From a bacterium (lineage in GTDB: Bacteria > Margulisbacteria > WOR-1 > O2-12-FULL-45-9 > XYB2-FULL-48-7): a DNA stretch of 21,476 nt. The DNA lies in the NCBI GenBank assembly GCA_043812655.1, contig JBDRLW010000021.1:1-21476 (forward strand). The letters run 5' to 3'. This document shows, in pieces, positions 1 through 11,866 of the stretch. Each line of letters opens with the position of its first letter. The first letter of the stretch is position 1. Position numbers and translations under genes: made by a program. The notes beneath the pieces are model-generated. The model saw only the letters and a program-made list of their open reading frames with translations. It did not search any database and had not been told where the DNA came from.

Positions 1-42
1 TTAATGGTCTCGAATTCGACACCTTTAAATATCAGAGGAAAC

Positions 43-86
43 GGCAATGGATCATCCTTCGGTGGGCAAGCAAGCCGTTGCCCTAC
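43..86 (-). repeat. GTAG-headed REP-like palindrome with an enlarged loop
   Basis: Minus strand reads GTAG-GGCAACGG-(24 nt)-CCATTGCC, an 8-bp stem with one G-U preceded by the GTAG tetranucleotide typical of REP elements. Confidence 0.45.
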
Positions 87-112
87 AATAGATATTGTGG
101 ATTTATACTGAA

Positions 113-151
113 TCACCCCTCTCCCTCTGGGAGAGGGGCCAGGGGTGAGGG
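113..151. repeat. BoxC-like pyrimidine/purine palindromic repeat just downstream of gpmI (may double as terminator)
   Basis: CCCCTCTCCC-TCT-GGGAGAGGGG (116-138, 10-bp stem) followed by CCAGGGGTGAGGG. TCACCCCT (113-120) can alternatively pair with AGGGGTGA (141-148). Confidence 0.65.
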
Positions 152-154
152 CTG

Positions 155-1786
155 TTATTTCAACAGCGTCTGCGCCGTCATCATTTCGGGTTTTGGCAGT
201 CCCATCAAATCTAAAACCGTCACCCCAACATCAGGGATGATCCCCTTTTCTTTCAACTTCACATCTTTCCCCAAAACCCAAAATGGTACAGGATTAAGGG
301 AATGTTGAGTACTGACTACTAATTTACCATTGCTATCTAGCTCCATTTCATCGGCATTACCATGATCGGCTGTAATAATGAATATTCCGCCTTTAGCTAT
401 AAAGGCTGGCACGATCTTCTCTAGACATTTAGAAATATCTTCAATTGCCTTAACCGCCGCCTCTAAGTTACCAGTGTGGCCAATCATGTCGCAATTTTGG
501 AAATTGTGGACGATCAAAGAATATTCACCTTTAGCTATCGCTTGTAAAGCATAATCGGTTTCCAGAAACGCCGTCATTTCAGGGACGAGGTCATATCGTT
601 TGCCCCCTTCAGTCCGTTTTTTGAGATCGAGGTCTTGGGCTAGGTAGCGGTCTTCGCCGGGGAATGGATCAGCCCGCCGGCCAGAAAACCAACCAGTCAC
701 ATGAGCAAATTTCTCCGGCCCGGCTAATCTTAATTGCTTTAGCCCATGTTTTGAGACTATTTCTCCCACAGTTTCCGGGATCTCTTTTTCTGGAAAGGCG
801 GTCAAAGCATTGATCCCTGGGTAATATTCGGTCATAGCGACAAATACCATCTCACTGATCCGCTTATGGAGAGCTTCTATCTGGTTGTAGACATCATCGC
901 TGATCGGAGTTGTCCCCTTTTTGTAATTAAAATACTTTTTATCTTTTTCACAAAAAGCAGCCGCTAATTGGATCGTCCGATCTTGGCGGTAGTTCCAATA
1001 AATGATCGAATCTTTTGGCCCCATCCCAGTGTAGCCGCTGACGATCGTTGGCCTAATAAACTCGTCGGTCTCCCCTCTTTTATACGACGCCTCGATCGCT
1101 TCTCTGGCTGTGGCCGCTTTATATTCATCAACACCAGTCACAATTGTTTTCATCGCCAAAAGAGTTTTCTCCCAAGCGGTATCACGGTCCATCGCCAGTT
1201 CTCGGCCCATCACCGTCGCAATTTTAACTTTTTCTTTTAATCCCAGCTCGGCAATTTTATCTTCGAGCATTTTTAAATAGACTTCGCCAGCCGCTTTCGG
1301 ATTGGTATCTCGACCATCAGTAAAAAGATGGATGTAAATAGTGGGAAGTTCAGCTTTTTTAGCTAGCTCAAGCAAAGCAAAAAGATGTTTAATACTGCCG
1401 TGGACAGTTCCGCCGTGACCCTGCAATATTCCCATCAAATGAAGGGCTGATCCGTTATGTTTGCAATTCTTCATCGCTTGGGTTAGCGCGTCGTTGGTGT
1501 AGAAAGAGCCGTCATCGATCGCCACATTGATCCGCTCGATCGATTGGTAAACAACCCGGCCAGCGCCCATATTAAGGTGGTTAACTTCGGAGTTTCCCAT
1601 CGTCCCAGCGGGCAGGCCAACAGCCAAACCGGAGCATTCCAGCGTGGCATAAGGGTGTTTTTGGAAAAGATCGGCGATGAAAGGGGCTTTCCCTTGGTTG
1701 ATCGCGTCGTTGATCGCGTTATATTGATTTTTGGCGCCAATAGCGAATCCATCGAGGATGCATAAATATACCGGGGTTGTTTTCAT
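155..1786 (-). CDS. gpmI: 2,3-bisphosphoglycerate-independent phosphoglycerate mutase
   Basis: Motifs ILDG, GLPAGTMGNSEVNH (catalytic Ser), DGRD, AMDRD, EKFAHVT, DMIGHTG, TADHGN. Start moved to ATG 1786 (MKTTPVYL), 6 nt after a TATAAT. Confidence 0.95.
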   Translation of the reverse strand: MKTTPVYLCILDGFAIGAKNQYNAINDAINQGKAPFIADLFQKHPYATLECSGLAVGLPAGTMGNSEVNHLNMGAGRVVYQSIERINVAIDDGSFYTNDALTQAMKNCKHNGSALHLMGILQGHGGTVHGSIKHLFALLELAKKAELPTIYIHLFTDGRDTNPKAAGEVYLKMLEDKIAELGLKEKVKIATVMGRELAMDRDTAWEKTLLAMKTIVTGVDEYKAATAREAIEASYKRGETDEFIRPTIVSGYTGMGPKDSIIYWNYRQDRTIQLAAAFCEKDKKYFNYKKGTTPISDDVYNQIEALHKRISEMVFVAMTEYYPGINALTAFPEKEIPETVGEIVSKHGLKQLRLAGPEKFAHVTGWFSGRRADPFPGEDRYLAQDLDLKKRTEGGKRYDLVPEMTAFLETDYALQAIAKGEYSLIVHNFQNCDMIGHTGNLEAAVKAIEDISKCLEKIVPAFIAKGGIFIITADHGNADEMELDSNGKLVVSTQHSLNPVPFWVLGKDVKLKEKGIIPDVGVTVLDLMGLPKPEMMTAQTLLK

Positions 1787-1805
1787 ACCCCCATTATACA
1801 ATATT

Positions 1806-2012
1806 TTAGTGTTCGATTAAATCGTACTTAACCATGCCCCGTTCAATAATTTTCTTGGTCACATTATTTTCCGGGATCTCGTAGACGATAACAGTTTCTT
1901 CGTCGTACAAATTCAAGGTCTTGCACTTCGGGCATTTAATTTCCACTTTGCTCCCGTCGCCGACCTTGGCCAGCAAACGATGGCAAAACTTGCAGCGGAA
2001 TTCCTTTAACAT
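1806..2012 (-). CDS. Com-family (Mu Com-like) zinc-ribbon protein
   Basis: MLKEFRCKFCHRLLAK...EIKCPKCKTLN is the Com pattern (RCxxCxRLL...EIKCPxC). SD AAGGAG upstream. Confidence 0.8.
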   Translation of the reverse strand: MLKEFRCKFCHRLLAKVGDGSKVEIKCPKCKTLNLYDEETVIVYEIPENNVTKKIIERGMVKYDLIEH

Positions 2013-2036
2013 TTTTCTACTCCTTTTAACTTATTA

Positions 2037-4256
2037 TTACTCTTCATATTTAGCTTCTGGGTATTCGGCAATAATTTTTTCGTATTCTTTATAAATACTA
2101 TCACCCTTCTTTTGAGCTATTGATAATAATTTATCAATCCCAACCTGGTTAACTAGCCCTTTTCTGGCAATTTCCCTAAGCGCCTTATATGCCCCTTTCT
2201 TTGATTTTGCCCCCCCAGAATTTTCACCAATATAAACCAACAATTTCTTTATTTGCCCAATACCTATTTCAGCTAATCGCCCGTTTTGGGCTAATGAGTT
2301 AAAAGTCAAAAATGCTTCTCCCGCCCCTCCTCCTGCCGCCTTAATAATCTCAAAACTTACAGTTTTTATTTGCTCAAGTTCAAATGTTTTCATTTTTTCT
2401 TCTCCCTGAGCAAACATATTCCCCTCAATAGCATTCCAAATATCATTAATTGATTTTTGGGAGTATATTGCTAAGGTTCTAGCCATTTCTACCACAAAAA
2501 CCTGAATTTTTTCCAGAGGATATTCATCAAGCGCATAAGTAGAAGCACACAACCTATACGCTATATAGTTGGCAAGATTTGTTGCTTCCTGTGCTCCTTC
2601 GCCAATTGCAATCAAAAAGTTTGCCGCTTTCTTAGACCCATATTTACTAACAAGGTTTGTCCCAGCAAGAAGATCAAGGGCATGGCCCGCATTGCCTTTT
2701 AACCGTTCAGCTACCATTATAATATTATCTATTCCAAAAACATCGAATTCATTATTTTCCTCCCCTTCTTCCGACTTATTTAATTCATTCATGTTTCCAT
2801 ATACAAGGCCTAATTGTTTCCCCGTAATTTTCGCTAATCTATTTAATTTCTCAATCCCAACTTTTTCAAACAATCCAGTTTCCGCCATTGTTTCAAGTTC
2901 ACGAAAGCCCTGTGGAGGAAAAGATATGTAAGCCATGGCCCCAGAGCCACCTGCCCCAGCAGACCCGCCCATCATTGCTGGTACGCTATCATTGTTCCTA
3001 GTCGCTTTCCCAATTTCAATAAGGAGGTTTTTAATTTTTACAATGCCATATTTAGTCGTTATGCCTAATTCTGTTAAACGTGAAAAAGATTTGTAAGCGC
3101 TTCTAACAGCAAGAGATCCCACTTTTTTGGCAATTTCACTAATTATTTTTATTGCATCATCAATTTTCTGGTCATTCCCTAATAAGCCTTTTTCATCAAG
3201 TGCTATTAAAAATAAATAGGCGTAATCAGTCCCGTTGCCAGCCATTCGGGATACTTCAACCAATTTATTCAATCCAATCCTATTCATGAGGTCTGTGTCA
3301 CTCATTAATTTAAGCTGTAAATATGTCGAGGTTGTACCATCCCCAGTATTCTTTGCAAGCTGAATAAGATTATTAACCCCTATTTGTTCTGCTATCCCAG
3401 CCTCTATAAGCTGCTGTAACGCCGTATATCTAGTTAATATATTAAACCCAGGCCAATTCCAATCTCTTTCTCTCTTCCACCAGCCACTAATTGTTGGACA
3501 ATCTTCAGGATAACTTGCTTCTAAAATAAGCCTATTAAGTAATCTAATTTGAGATTTCTGATAATCTAATAATTCAGCAAAAGATTTATCCCGATAGCCC
3601 CTTGTAGCTTTTATTAATGTCTCAATATCAGCAGAAAGTTGTACTTGTTTTCCTTTTTTAACCCAAACATCATAAAATGCGGGAGTTTCTAATAGCTCGT
3701 TCAAATATTCAATCGTATTTGCTCGATGTTTAACTTGAATCCCATAATTATCTGCAATTATTTTCCGGCAAAGCCGCTTAACTGTAAAATCGTTATTCCC
3801 AAATATTATTGTTCCAGCCTCAATATTTTCTTTAATATCTCCATGAAATGCTCTTACAGGAAAAACACCCGAGTCGTATTCTGCCAGCTCACCAAAAAGA
3901 AGCTTAATGTTGTCTATTCCAAATTTTTCAACTAATCCCCTATCACTCAACATTTTTAATGTTGATAGCGCTTCTCCCGTTTGATCTAAAGCAATATCAC
4001 TTATTTCATCAGTAACTTTATCAAGATCAACCTTTTCACTAATTTCTTTCATTCGCGGCGAATAATATGAGGCTTTTTCAAGATAATCCAAGAATTCCTT
4101 GCATTCCTCCCCTTTATTCTCTTGGCAAAATGTTTCAGCCGCTTTTTCGGCTTCATTACTATCATTAATTATTCCATCACCATTAATATCTCCAGATTTA
4201 AAAGCTTTTATATAGTCTGGTGATTGACTTGCTACTATTATCCTTGGTACAGACAT
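2037..4256 (-). CDS. AT-rich hypothetical 739-aa alpha-helical repeat protein with N-terminal EF-hand/dockerin-like loop
   Basis: Long ORF with SD AAGGGG. GDINGDGIIND near the N-terminus. Recurring ~34-38 aa units of the form AxxxLxxLxxxGLxxxxGxxxIxxL. Confidence 0.8.
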   Translation of the reverse strand: MSVPRIIVASQSPDYIKAFKSGDINGDGIINDSNEAEKAAETFCQENKGEECKEFLDYLEKASYYSPRMKEISEKVDLDKVTDEISDIALDQTGEALSTLKMLSDRGLVEKFGIDNIKLLFGELAEYDSGVFPVRAFHGDIKENIEAGTIIFGNNDFTVKRLCRKIIADNYGIQVKHRANTIEYLNELLETPAFYDVWVKKGKQVQLSADIETLIKATRGYRDKSFAELLDYQKSQIRLLNRLILEASYPEDCPTISGWWKRERDWNWPGFNILTRYTALQQLIEAGIAEQIGVNNLIQLAKNTGDGTTSTYLQLKLMSDTDLMNRIGLNKLVEVSRMAGNGTDYAYLFLIALDEKGLLGNDQKIDDAIKIISEIAKKVGSLAVRSAYKSFSRLTELGITTKYGIVKIKNLLIEIGKATRNNDSVPAMMGGSAGAGGSGAMAYISFPPQGFRELETMAETGLFEKVGIEKLNRLAKITGKQLGLVYGNMNELNKSEEGEENNEFDVFGIDNIIMVAERLKGNAGHALDLLAGTNLVSKYGSKKAANFLIAIGEGAQEATNLANYIAYRLCASTYALDEYPLEKIQVFVVEMARTLAIYSQKSINDIWNAIEGNMFAQGEEKMKTFELEQIKTVSFEIIKAAGGGAGEAFLTFNSLAQNGRLAEIGIGQIKKLLVYIGENSGGAKSKKGAYKALREIARKGLVNQVGIDKLLSIAQKKGDSIYKEYEKIIAEYPEAKYEE

Positions 4257-4311
4257 TATTTATTCCCCTTTTTCCTTGATAATTAATTCAAACCTTATTC
4301 CGTCTAAATCT

Positions 4312-4326
4312 ATATCGACCCCCTAT

Positions 4327-4340
<14 letters not shown>
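4312..4340 (-). promoter_or_regulatory. Putative alternative-sigma (sigma28-like) promoter, copy 1
   Basis: Minus strand GTGAAATTTTTCAAATAGGGGGTCGATAT, same spacing as the copies at 11051 and 17994. Confidence 0.6.
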
Positions 4341-6597
<2,257 letters not shown>

Positions 6598-6613
6598 AGT
6601 TTGATTATAACGC

Positions 6614-8530
6614 GTGAAACATTTAGTAGCAATTATAACCTTAATGATCATGGTAAATCCGGTCTTAGCCGCGAGCTGGACCGGGGACCAAACGATCAAT
6701 GGAACCCAGACCTATAACAGAGAAACCATCAACTGTACAGGAAATATCAACATCAATGGCAAGCTTATTTTGACAAACAGCAGTATTCTTGAAATGAATT
6801 CAGCCACCGATGGGGAATATTCAATAATTGTTAACAGTGGCGGGGAATTAGAGCTTTTATCCGGCAGTACAATTACCGCCAGCGATAAAACTAAACGTTA
6901 TAACCTGATCTTTTTGCCAGGAAGCAAAGGAACGATCGATGGGGCGACCATAGAATACACATATGGAGATGGGACAAATTCTTCCCAATACGGCTTTATA
7001 GTCAAAACCTCTGACCTAGTGGTCAGGGATAGTATTATTCAAAATTCAGGTTCATCGGGCATCATTGTCGGTAACACTGTTGGCGGCCCGGTTACCGGAG
7101 TAACCATTGAAAGCTCGGTTATCCGCAACAACCAAGATGATGGGATCCGCGTTGAAAATGGCTCCCAAAACATAACCATATTCGGCTCAACGATCGAAAG
7201 AAATACCAACGGGATAGTTATTTCTGGCGGATCTTTTGCTTATATCCACCAAAACACCCTTGCCAACAACACGGATAGTAATATTGTGGTTAACAACGCT
7301 AACGCGGTCATCAGTAATAATACAATTACCGGTGGAACTACCGGGGTCAAGATCGAAAATGGGGCTAATCCAGTCTTGGGTGATTTAAGTAATACCGACA
7401 CTACCGATGATGGGGGCAATACTTTTAGCGGCCAATCATCTAAAGCGGTTAATAACCAGACCAATAATATTATTAAAGCGGCTAACAATAACTGGGGGAC
7501 AGATGATCCCGCCCTGATCCTTCAATTAATAGAGGGGCCAATAGATTCCAGCCTGATCCAGGATGTTTCCCCTCCTTCCCTATTAATAACTTCTTCTCTT
7601 GATAACACGCTGTTGACCGGTAATTCAGTCCAAGAGCTGGCTTGGAATGTCAGTGACGGTTCCGGTTTAGCCAGCTGCGTTATCTCCCTTTATTACTCAA
7701 CAGATGGCGGGATAACTTATTCCTCTATTGCTTCTGCCCTGACAAATAGCAGTAATTATCTTTGGGCAGTGCCGAACATCGCGACCAGCCAAGGCAAAAT
7801 AAAGATCGAAGCTAAGGACAGATACAACAATGTTTCGACCAAAGAAAGCAACGCAAATTTTTCGGTCCAATTAGCCGCTCAATCGTTTACCGATCACGCC
7901 TCCGGCCTTCAAATAAGCGTCCCCTCTGGTTCATCAACTCAAATCCCTTCTTTTTCGGTAGCCGTAATGGATAGTCCCCCCGGTGAACTGCCGGCAGGGA
8001 AAGTTTTGGCCTCGGACATATGCGATATTACCAGCACGGTAAACAATTTTAACCAACCGGTATCATGTTCCATCCCGATCAAAAAAGGCTTTATCGGCTA
8101 TTCTCCTTATTACTGGGACGGCACAAGCTGGAAAAATGATGGGCTAACAGTTAAAAGCCAAGGGCCGGACTTTATGACCTTTTCTACCTCTCATTTTAGC
8201 GTCTATGCTATTTTGTCAAATACCCAAGCTATTACCAAGCCTGTCGCGATCCCCAATCCCTTTGATCCCTCAACAGAAAACACCAAGCTCACTTACTGGC
8301 TTGATGCGGCTGCCACTACCACGATCTATATTTTTGACCTGACCGGTAATTTAATCTGGCAAAAACGTTTTAGCCCCACCGATCCCGAAGGAGGACACAC
8401 CAATTATAACCAGGTCGAATGGAATGGCAGATCATCTTATGGGCAAATCGTTAATAACGGCCTTTATCTTTTTACGATCGTCGCGGATGGTAAAAAGATC
8501 GGCAGCGGAAAGATCGCGGTCTTAAAATAA
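6614..8530 (+). CDS. Secreted right-handed parallel beta-helix protein with Ig-like modules and C-terminal T9SS-CTD/FlgD-Ig-like domain
   Basis: Signal peptide MKHLVAIITLMIMVNPVLA. Beta-helix repeats (IxNNxxxGI, IxxNTI). YSTDGG module. C-terminus PNPF...IFDLTGNLI...WNG...GLYLFTI...GKIAVLK. Confidence 0.85.
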   Translation: MKHLVAIITLMIMVNPVLAASWTGDQTINGTQTYNRETINCTGNININGKLILTNSSILEMNSATDGEYSIIVNSGGELELLSGSTITASDKTKRYNLIFLPGSKGTIDGATIEYTYGDGTNSSQYGFIVKTSDLVVRDSIIQNSGSSGIIVGNTVGGPVTGVTIESSVIRNNQDDGIRVENGSQNITIFGSTIERNTNGIVISGGSFAYIHQNTLANNTDSNIVVNNANAVISNNTITGGTTGVKIENGANPVLGDLSNTDTTDDGGNTFSGQSSKAVNNQTNNIIKAANNNWGTDDPALILQLIEGPIDSSLIQDVSPPSLLITSSLDNTLLTGNSVQELAWNVSDGSGLASCVISLYYSTDGGITYSSIASALTNSSNYLWAVPNIATSQGKIKIEAKDRYNNVSTKESNANFSVQLAAQSFTDHASGLQISVPSGSSTQIPSFSVAVMDSPPGELPAGKVLASDICDITSTVNNFNQPVSCSIPIKKGFIGYSPYYWDGTSWKNDGLTVKSQGPDFMTFSTSHFSVYAILSNTQAITKPVAIPNPFDPSTENTKLTYWLDAAATTTIYIFDLTGNLIWQKRFSPTDPEGGHTNYNQVEWNGRSSYGQIVNNGLYLFTIVADGKKIGSGKIAVLK

Positions 8531-8533
8531 CCC

Positions 8534-9316
8534 CTAGATCCGAAGCGCTTTTAAACAAGCGATCAGCTCTTTCGTGTAGTGGTTTTGGGGTGCTGTAAAT
8601 ATTCCCCTGGTCAGCCCTTCTTCAACGACCTTCCCCTTTTGCATTACTACCACCCGATCACATATTTGCCTAACAACACCAAAATTATGGGTAATATATA
8701 ATATTGAGAGGCCAATTTTCTCCTGCAGTTCTTTTAACAGTTCCAATATTTCCGCTTGAATCGTCACATCCAGCGCCGTTGTCGGTTCATCAGCGATCAA
8801 AAGCTCCGGTTGGCAAGAGAGCGCTATCGCGATCATCACCCTCTGCCTCATCCCGCCGGAAAATTGGTGGGGATAATCATTTATCCGCAGCTCCGGTTTT
8901 TTAATTTGGACCAGCGCCAGCATTTCGATCGCCTTTTGCCAGCTCTCTTTTCGGCTTAAACCCTGATGGAGCTGGATAACTTCCGCGATCTGGTCGCCTA
9001 CCGTATAAACGGGATTGAGCGAGGTGAACGGATCTTGGAAGATCATGGATATCTTGGCGCCGCGAATACCGATCATCTTTTTTTCGGATAATTTGAGCAG
9101 GTCCTGGCCGTTAAAAATGATCTCTCCAGCAGCGATCTTTCCCGGCGGAGCGATCAACCGGAGGATCGACAGTGCGACGGTCGACTTCCCCGACCCCGAC
9201 TCCCCCACCACGCCCAGCGATTCCCCCTTCGCCACTGTAAAGTTCACGCCGCTAACGGCCTGATTTATTTTTTCATCAAAGAGATAATTAACCGATAGGT
9301 TTTTAACTTCTAACAT
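8534..9316 (-). CDS. oppD: Oligopeptide/dipeptide ABC transporter ATP-binding subunit (OppD/DppD-like)
   Basis: [51 protein letters not shown]. Confidence 0.92.
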   Translation of the reverse strand: MLEVKNLSVNYLFDEKINQAVSGVNFTVAKGESLGVVGESGSGKSTVALSILRLIAPPGKIAAGEIIFNGQDLLKLSEKKMIGIRGAKISMIFQDPFTSLNPVYTVGDQIAEVIQLHQGLSRKESWQKAIEMLALVQIKKPELRINDYPHQFSGGMRQRVMIAIALSCQPELLIADEPTTALDVTIQAEILELLKELQEKIGLSILYITHNFGVVRQICDRVVVMQKGKVVEEGLTRGIFTAPQNHYTKELIACLKALRI

Positions 9317-10091
9317 CTAATTTTTCCCTTAATCCTTCACCCACAAAATACAAAGACAAAACCGTGGCCAGGATCAGTAAACCCGGGATCACCGCCATCC
9401 ATGGGGCGTCGAACATGTACGCCTGCGAATCCATCAGCATATTCCCCCACGACGGCATTGGCGGTTGGACGCCAAGGCCAAGGAAAGAGAGCGCCGATTC
9501 GGTTAAGATCGCGCCAGCCATGCCGAGCGTCCCGGCCACAATGATCGGGCCGGAAGCGTTGGGGAGAATATGGCGCAAGATTATCCGGAGATCAGAACAA
9601 CCGATCGCCCGCGCCGCTTCGACATAAGATAATTCCCTGATCCGTAAAAATTCCCCTCTAACCAACCGGGCCACTCCCATCCAGGAGGTTAAACCGATCA
9701 CGACCATCACGTTATAAATATTAGGGGTCAGCATCGCCTGGACCGCCAGGATAAGGAAGATCGAGGGAAAAGCCAGCATCACATCCACCCCCCGCATGAT
9801 CAGCGCGTCCAGCCAGCCGCCATAAAACCCGGACAACGCCCCAAATAGCGTGCCGATCAAGACCGAGATGATCACCGCGACCAAGCCGACTGTCAGCGAG
9901 ATCCTTGCTCCGTATAACGCGCGGCTGAAAAGATCGCGGCCTAGATCATCAGTGCCAAAGAAATGTCTTAGCGACGGCCCTTGGATCTCCTTTTCTATAA
10001 TATCGTCCGGGGAATACGGAACGATCAGCGGGGCGATGACCGCCAGAACAATAAATAAGCCCAAAATTGACAGCGCGAAAACTTTCCTCAT
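9303..10091 (-). CDS. oppC: Peptide ABC transporter permease (OppC/DppC-like)
   Basis: HFFGTDDLGRDLFSR, EAARAIG (EAA loop), RHILPN, ESALSFLGLG, PSWG. Confidence 0.92.
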   Translation of the reverse strand: MRKVFALSILGLFIVLAVIAPLIVPYSPDDIIEKEIQGPSLRHFFGTDDLGRDLFSRALYGARISLTVGLVAVIISVLIGTLFGALSGFYGGWLDALIMRGVDVMLAFPSIFLILAVQAMLTPNIYNVMVVIGLTSWMGVARLVRGEFLRIRELSYVEAARAIGCSDLRIILRHILPNASGPIIVAGTLGMAGAILTESALSFLGLGVQPPMPSWGNMLMDSQAYMFDAPWMAVIPGLLILATVLSLYFVGEGLREKLDVRS

Positions 10092-11011
10092 CTTTCTTCC
10101 TTTTGCCCCTTCAGCCTGATCCGGGGGTCAACTAAAGCGTAAGCGAGGTCAGCGAATAAATTGCCAAGAATTATTAAGAAAGCCGAGAACATGACGATCC
10201 CCATGATCATCGGGTAGTTCCGCTGGAAGATCGACTGTACCCCCAACCGACCCATCCCCGGCCAGGCGAAGATCGTTTCAATGATAAAGGCCCCGCCGAA
10301 CAGGTCAGGTAATGACAACCCCAGGATAGTGATGATCGGGATCAGGGCATTGCGCAACGCATGTTTATAGATCACTACCCGTTCCGGCAATCCTTTGGCG
10401 CGAGCGGTCCGGATAAAATCCTGGTTCAAGACTTCAAGCATCGCCGCCCGCTGGTAGCGGGTCATTCCGGCCAGGCTGCCGATCGTCATCGTGATCAGCG
10501 GCAAAATGATATTCCCCACCGCGGGGAACCAATGTAATTTTACGGAAAAGACCAGCATCAGCATTAAACCGAGCCAAAAGGTGGGGATCGCCATTCCAGC
10601 AAAAGAGAGGAAAGTAAATATGTTATCGAACCACGATCCTTTTTTCACCGCTGAAATAACGCCGATCGGGATGGTGATCAAGAGCATTAAAATAAAGGCG
10701 GGGATCATCAGCATCAGCGTCATCGGCAGTTTAGCGGCGATCTCGGCGATCACCGGTTGGCCGGTGGTATAGCTTTTGCCGAAATCGAGGAATATCGCAT
10801 TTTTCAACCAGAGAAAATATTGGATGTAAACCGGCTGGTCTAGCCCCCAGTTCGCCCTCACCCGCGCTAATTCCTCCGGTCTCACGTTCGGATCGATGAA
10901 TAATGAGGTCGGATCCCCCGGCGCCAGGTGCATAACAAAGAAAGAGATCAGGGAAATGCCGATTAAAAGCGGGACTAGCTGAAAAATCCTATTAATAAGA
11001 AACCTTCTCAT
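10088..11011 (-). CDS. oppB: Peptide ABC transporter permease (OppB/DppB-like)
   Basis: APGDP, GLDQP, FIRTARAKGL, KHALRNA, ETIFAWPGMG, DPRI. Start ATG 11011 (MRRFLINR). Confidence 0.92.
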   Translation of the reverse strand: MRRFLINRIFQLVPLLIGISLISFFVMHLAPGDPTSLFIDPNVRPEELARVRANWGLDQPVYIQYFLWLKNAIFLDFGKSYTTGQPVIAEIAAKLPMTLMLMIPAFILMLLITIPIGVISAVKKGSWFDNIFTFLSFAGMAIPTFWLGLMLMLVFSVKLHWFPAVGNIILPLITMTIGSLAGMTRYQRAAMLEVLNQDFIRTARAKGLPERVVIYKHALRNALIPIITILGLSLPDLFGGAFIIETIFAWPGMGRLGVQSIFQRNYPMIMGIVMFSAFLIILGNLFADLAYALVDPRIRLKGQKEER

Positions 11012-11050
11012 CTCTTTTTGAATTATATCAATTAAGCATAAATAAATCAT

Positions 11051-11079
11051 GTGAAATTTCCGTACAAAGCTATTGATAA
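11051..11079 (+). promoter_or_regulatory. Putative alternative-sigma (sigma28-like) promoter, copy 2
   Basis: GTGAAATTTCCGTACAAAGCTATTGATAA, with an ATG 7 nt downstream at 11087. Confidence 0.55.
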
Positions 11080-11086
11080 TGTTGTA

Positions 11087-11866
11087 ATGAATACACATTC
11101 TGCGCGTTCTATAGTTTTAGTTGGCAATCGCACTATCTTAAACTGCCCTCCAGGATCAAGGACAGCAAATTTACGTCATCGCGAAGAAGTTGCTCCTTTA
11201 AAAGGTCTTTCGGCAAAAATGATCTTAACCACCAGGGACGACAAATCCCTTAATGATGTTTACCTTAACCACTTAAAAAATGAGCTTAACCTAGGAGATC
11301 ATTTTTCTGGCACCGTACTTTCAGTGGAAGATCTCACACCGGAAAACAGTTGTTGCCGGCATTATAAATCATTCGGTAATCCTTCTGTTCAGGAGGCATT
11401 AAATCAAGAAGGGATATTCCCTCCAGATCTACCGAGGCGTGTCATTACGATCGAAGGGGCTTATACACCAGTTGAACGATCAGAATTAACAGCTGAATCT
11501 GATCTCCACCTTTATTCCTGGGGAGAGGTTCCCATCCCCCTGGCTGACGGCCAGCTTCCACTGATAACTATTTTTCTCCCTGGGGTATTAAATAAACAAC
11601 CTTTTTCTCAAGCTACGCAAGAAATGTTCTCTCAAACAACTCGGGTTATCAACATGCTTTTTAAATCGCCTAATTTACTGGATTTATCTCCTGCTAATCG
11701 TGCGTCAATGGTGAAGATCGAAGATAGCTACTGGTATTATCAACCTAACCCTGATCTTACCGCTAAATTATCCGGCGGCTCCTTAAAATCAGACTGTTAC
11801 CATCGCTTTTTAATTCATCCTGCCCTAGTAGCAGTCGCACCTTTATTAATAACTAGTCCTTCTTAA
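11087..11866 (+). CDS. Hypothetical orphan protein (~259 aa)
   Basis: Long ORF between oppB and oppA on the opposite strand with no recognisable motif. ATG 11087 preferred because the GTG at 11051 is part of the conserved promoter-like motif. Confidence 0.65.
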   Translation: MNTHSARSIVLVGNRTILNCPPGSRTANLRHREEVAPLKGLSAKMILTTRDDKSLNDVYLNHLKNELNLGDHFSGTVLSVEDLTPENSCCRHYKSFGNPSVQEALNQEGIFPPDLPRRVITIEGAYTPVERSELTAESDLHLYSWGEVPIPLADGQLPLITIFLPGVLNKQPFSQATQEMFSQTTRVINMLFKSPNLLDLSPANRASMVKIEDSYWYYQPNPDLTAKLSGGSLKSDCYHRFLIHPALVAVAPLLITSPS

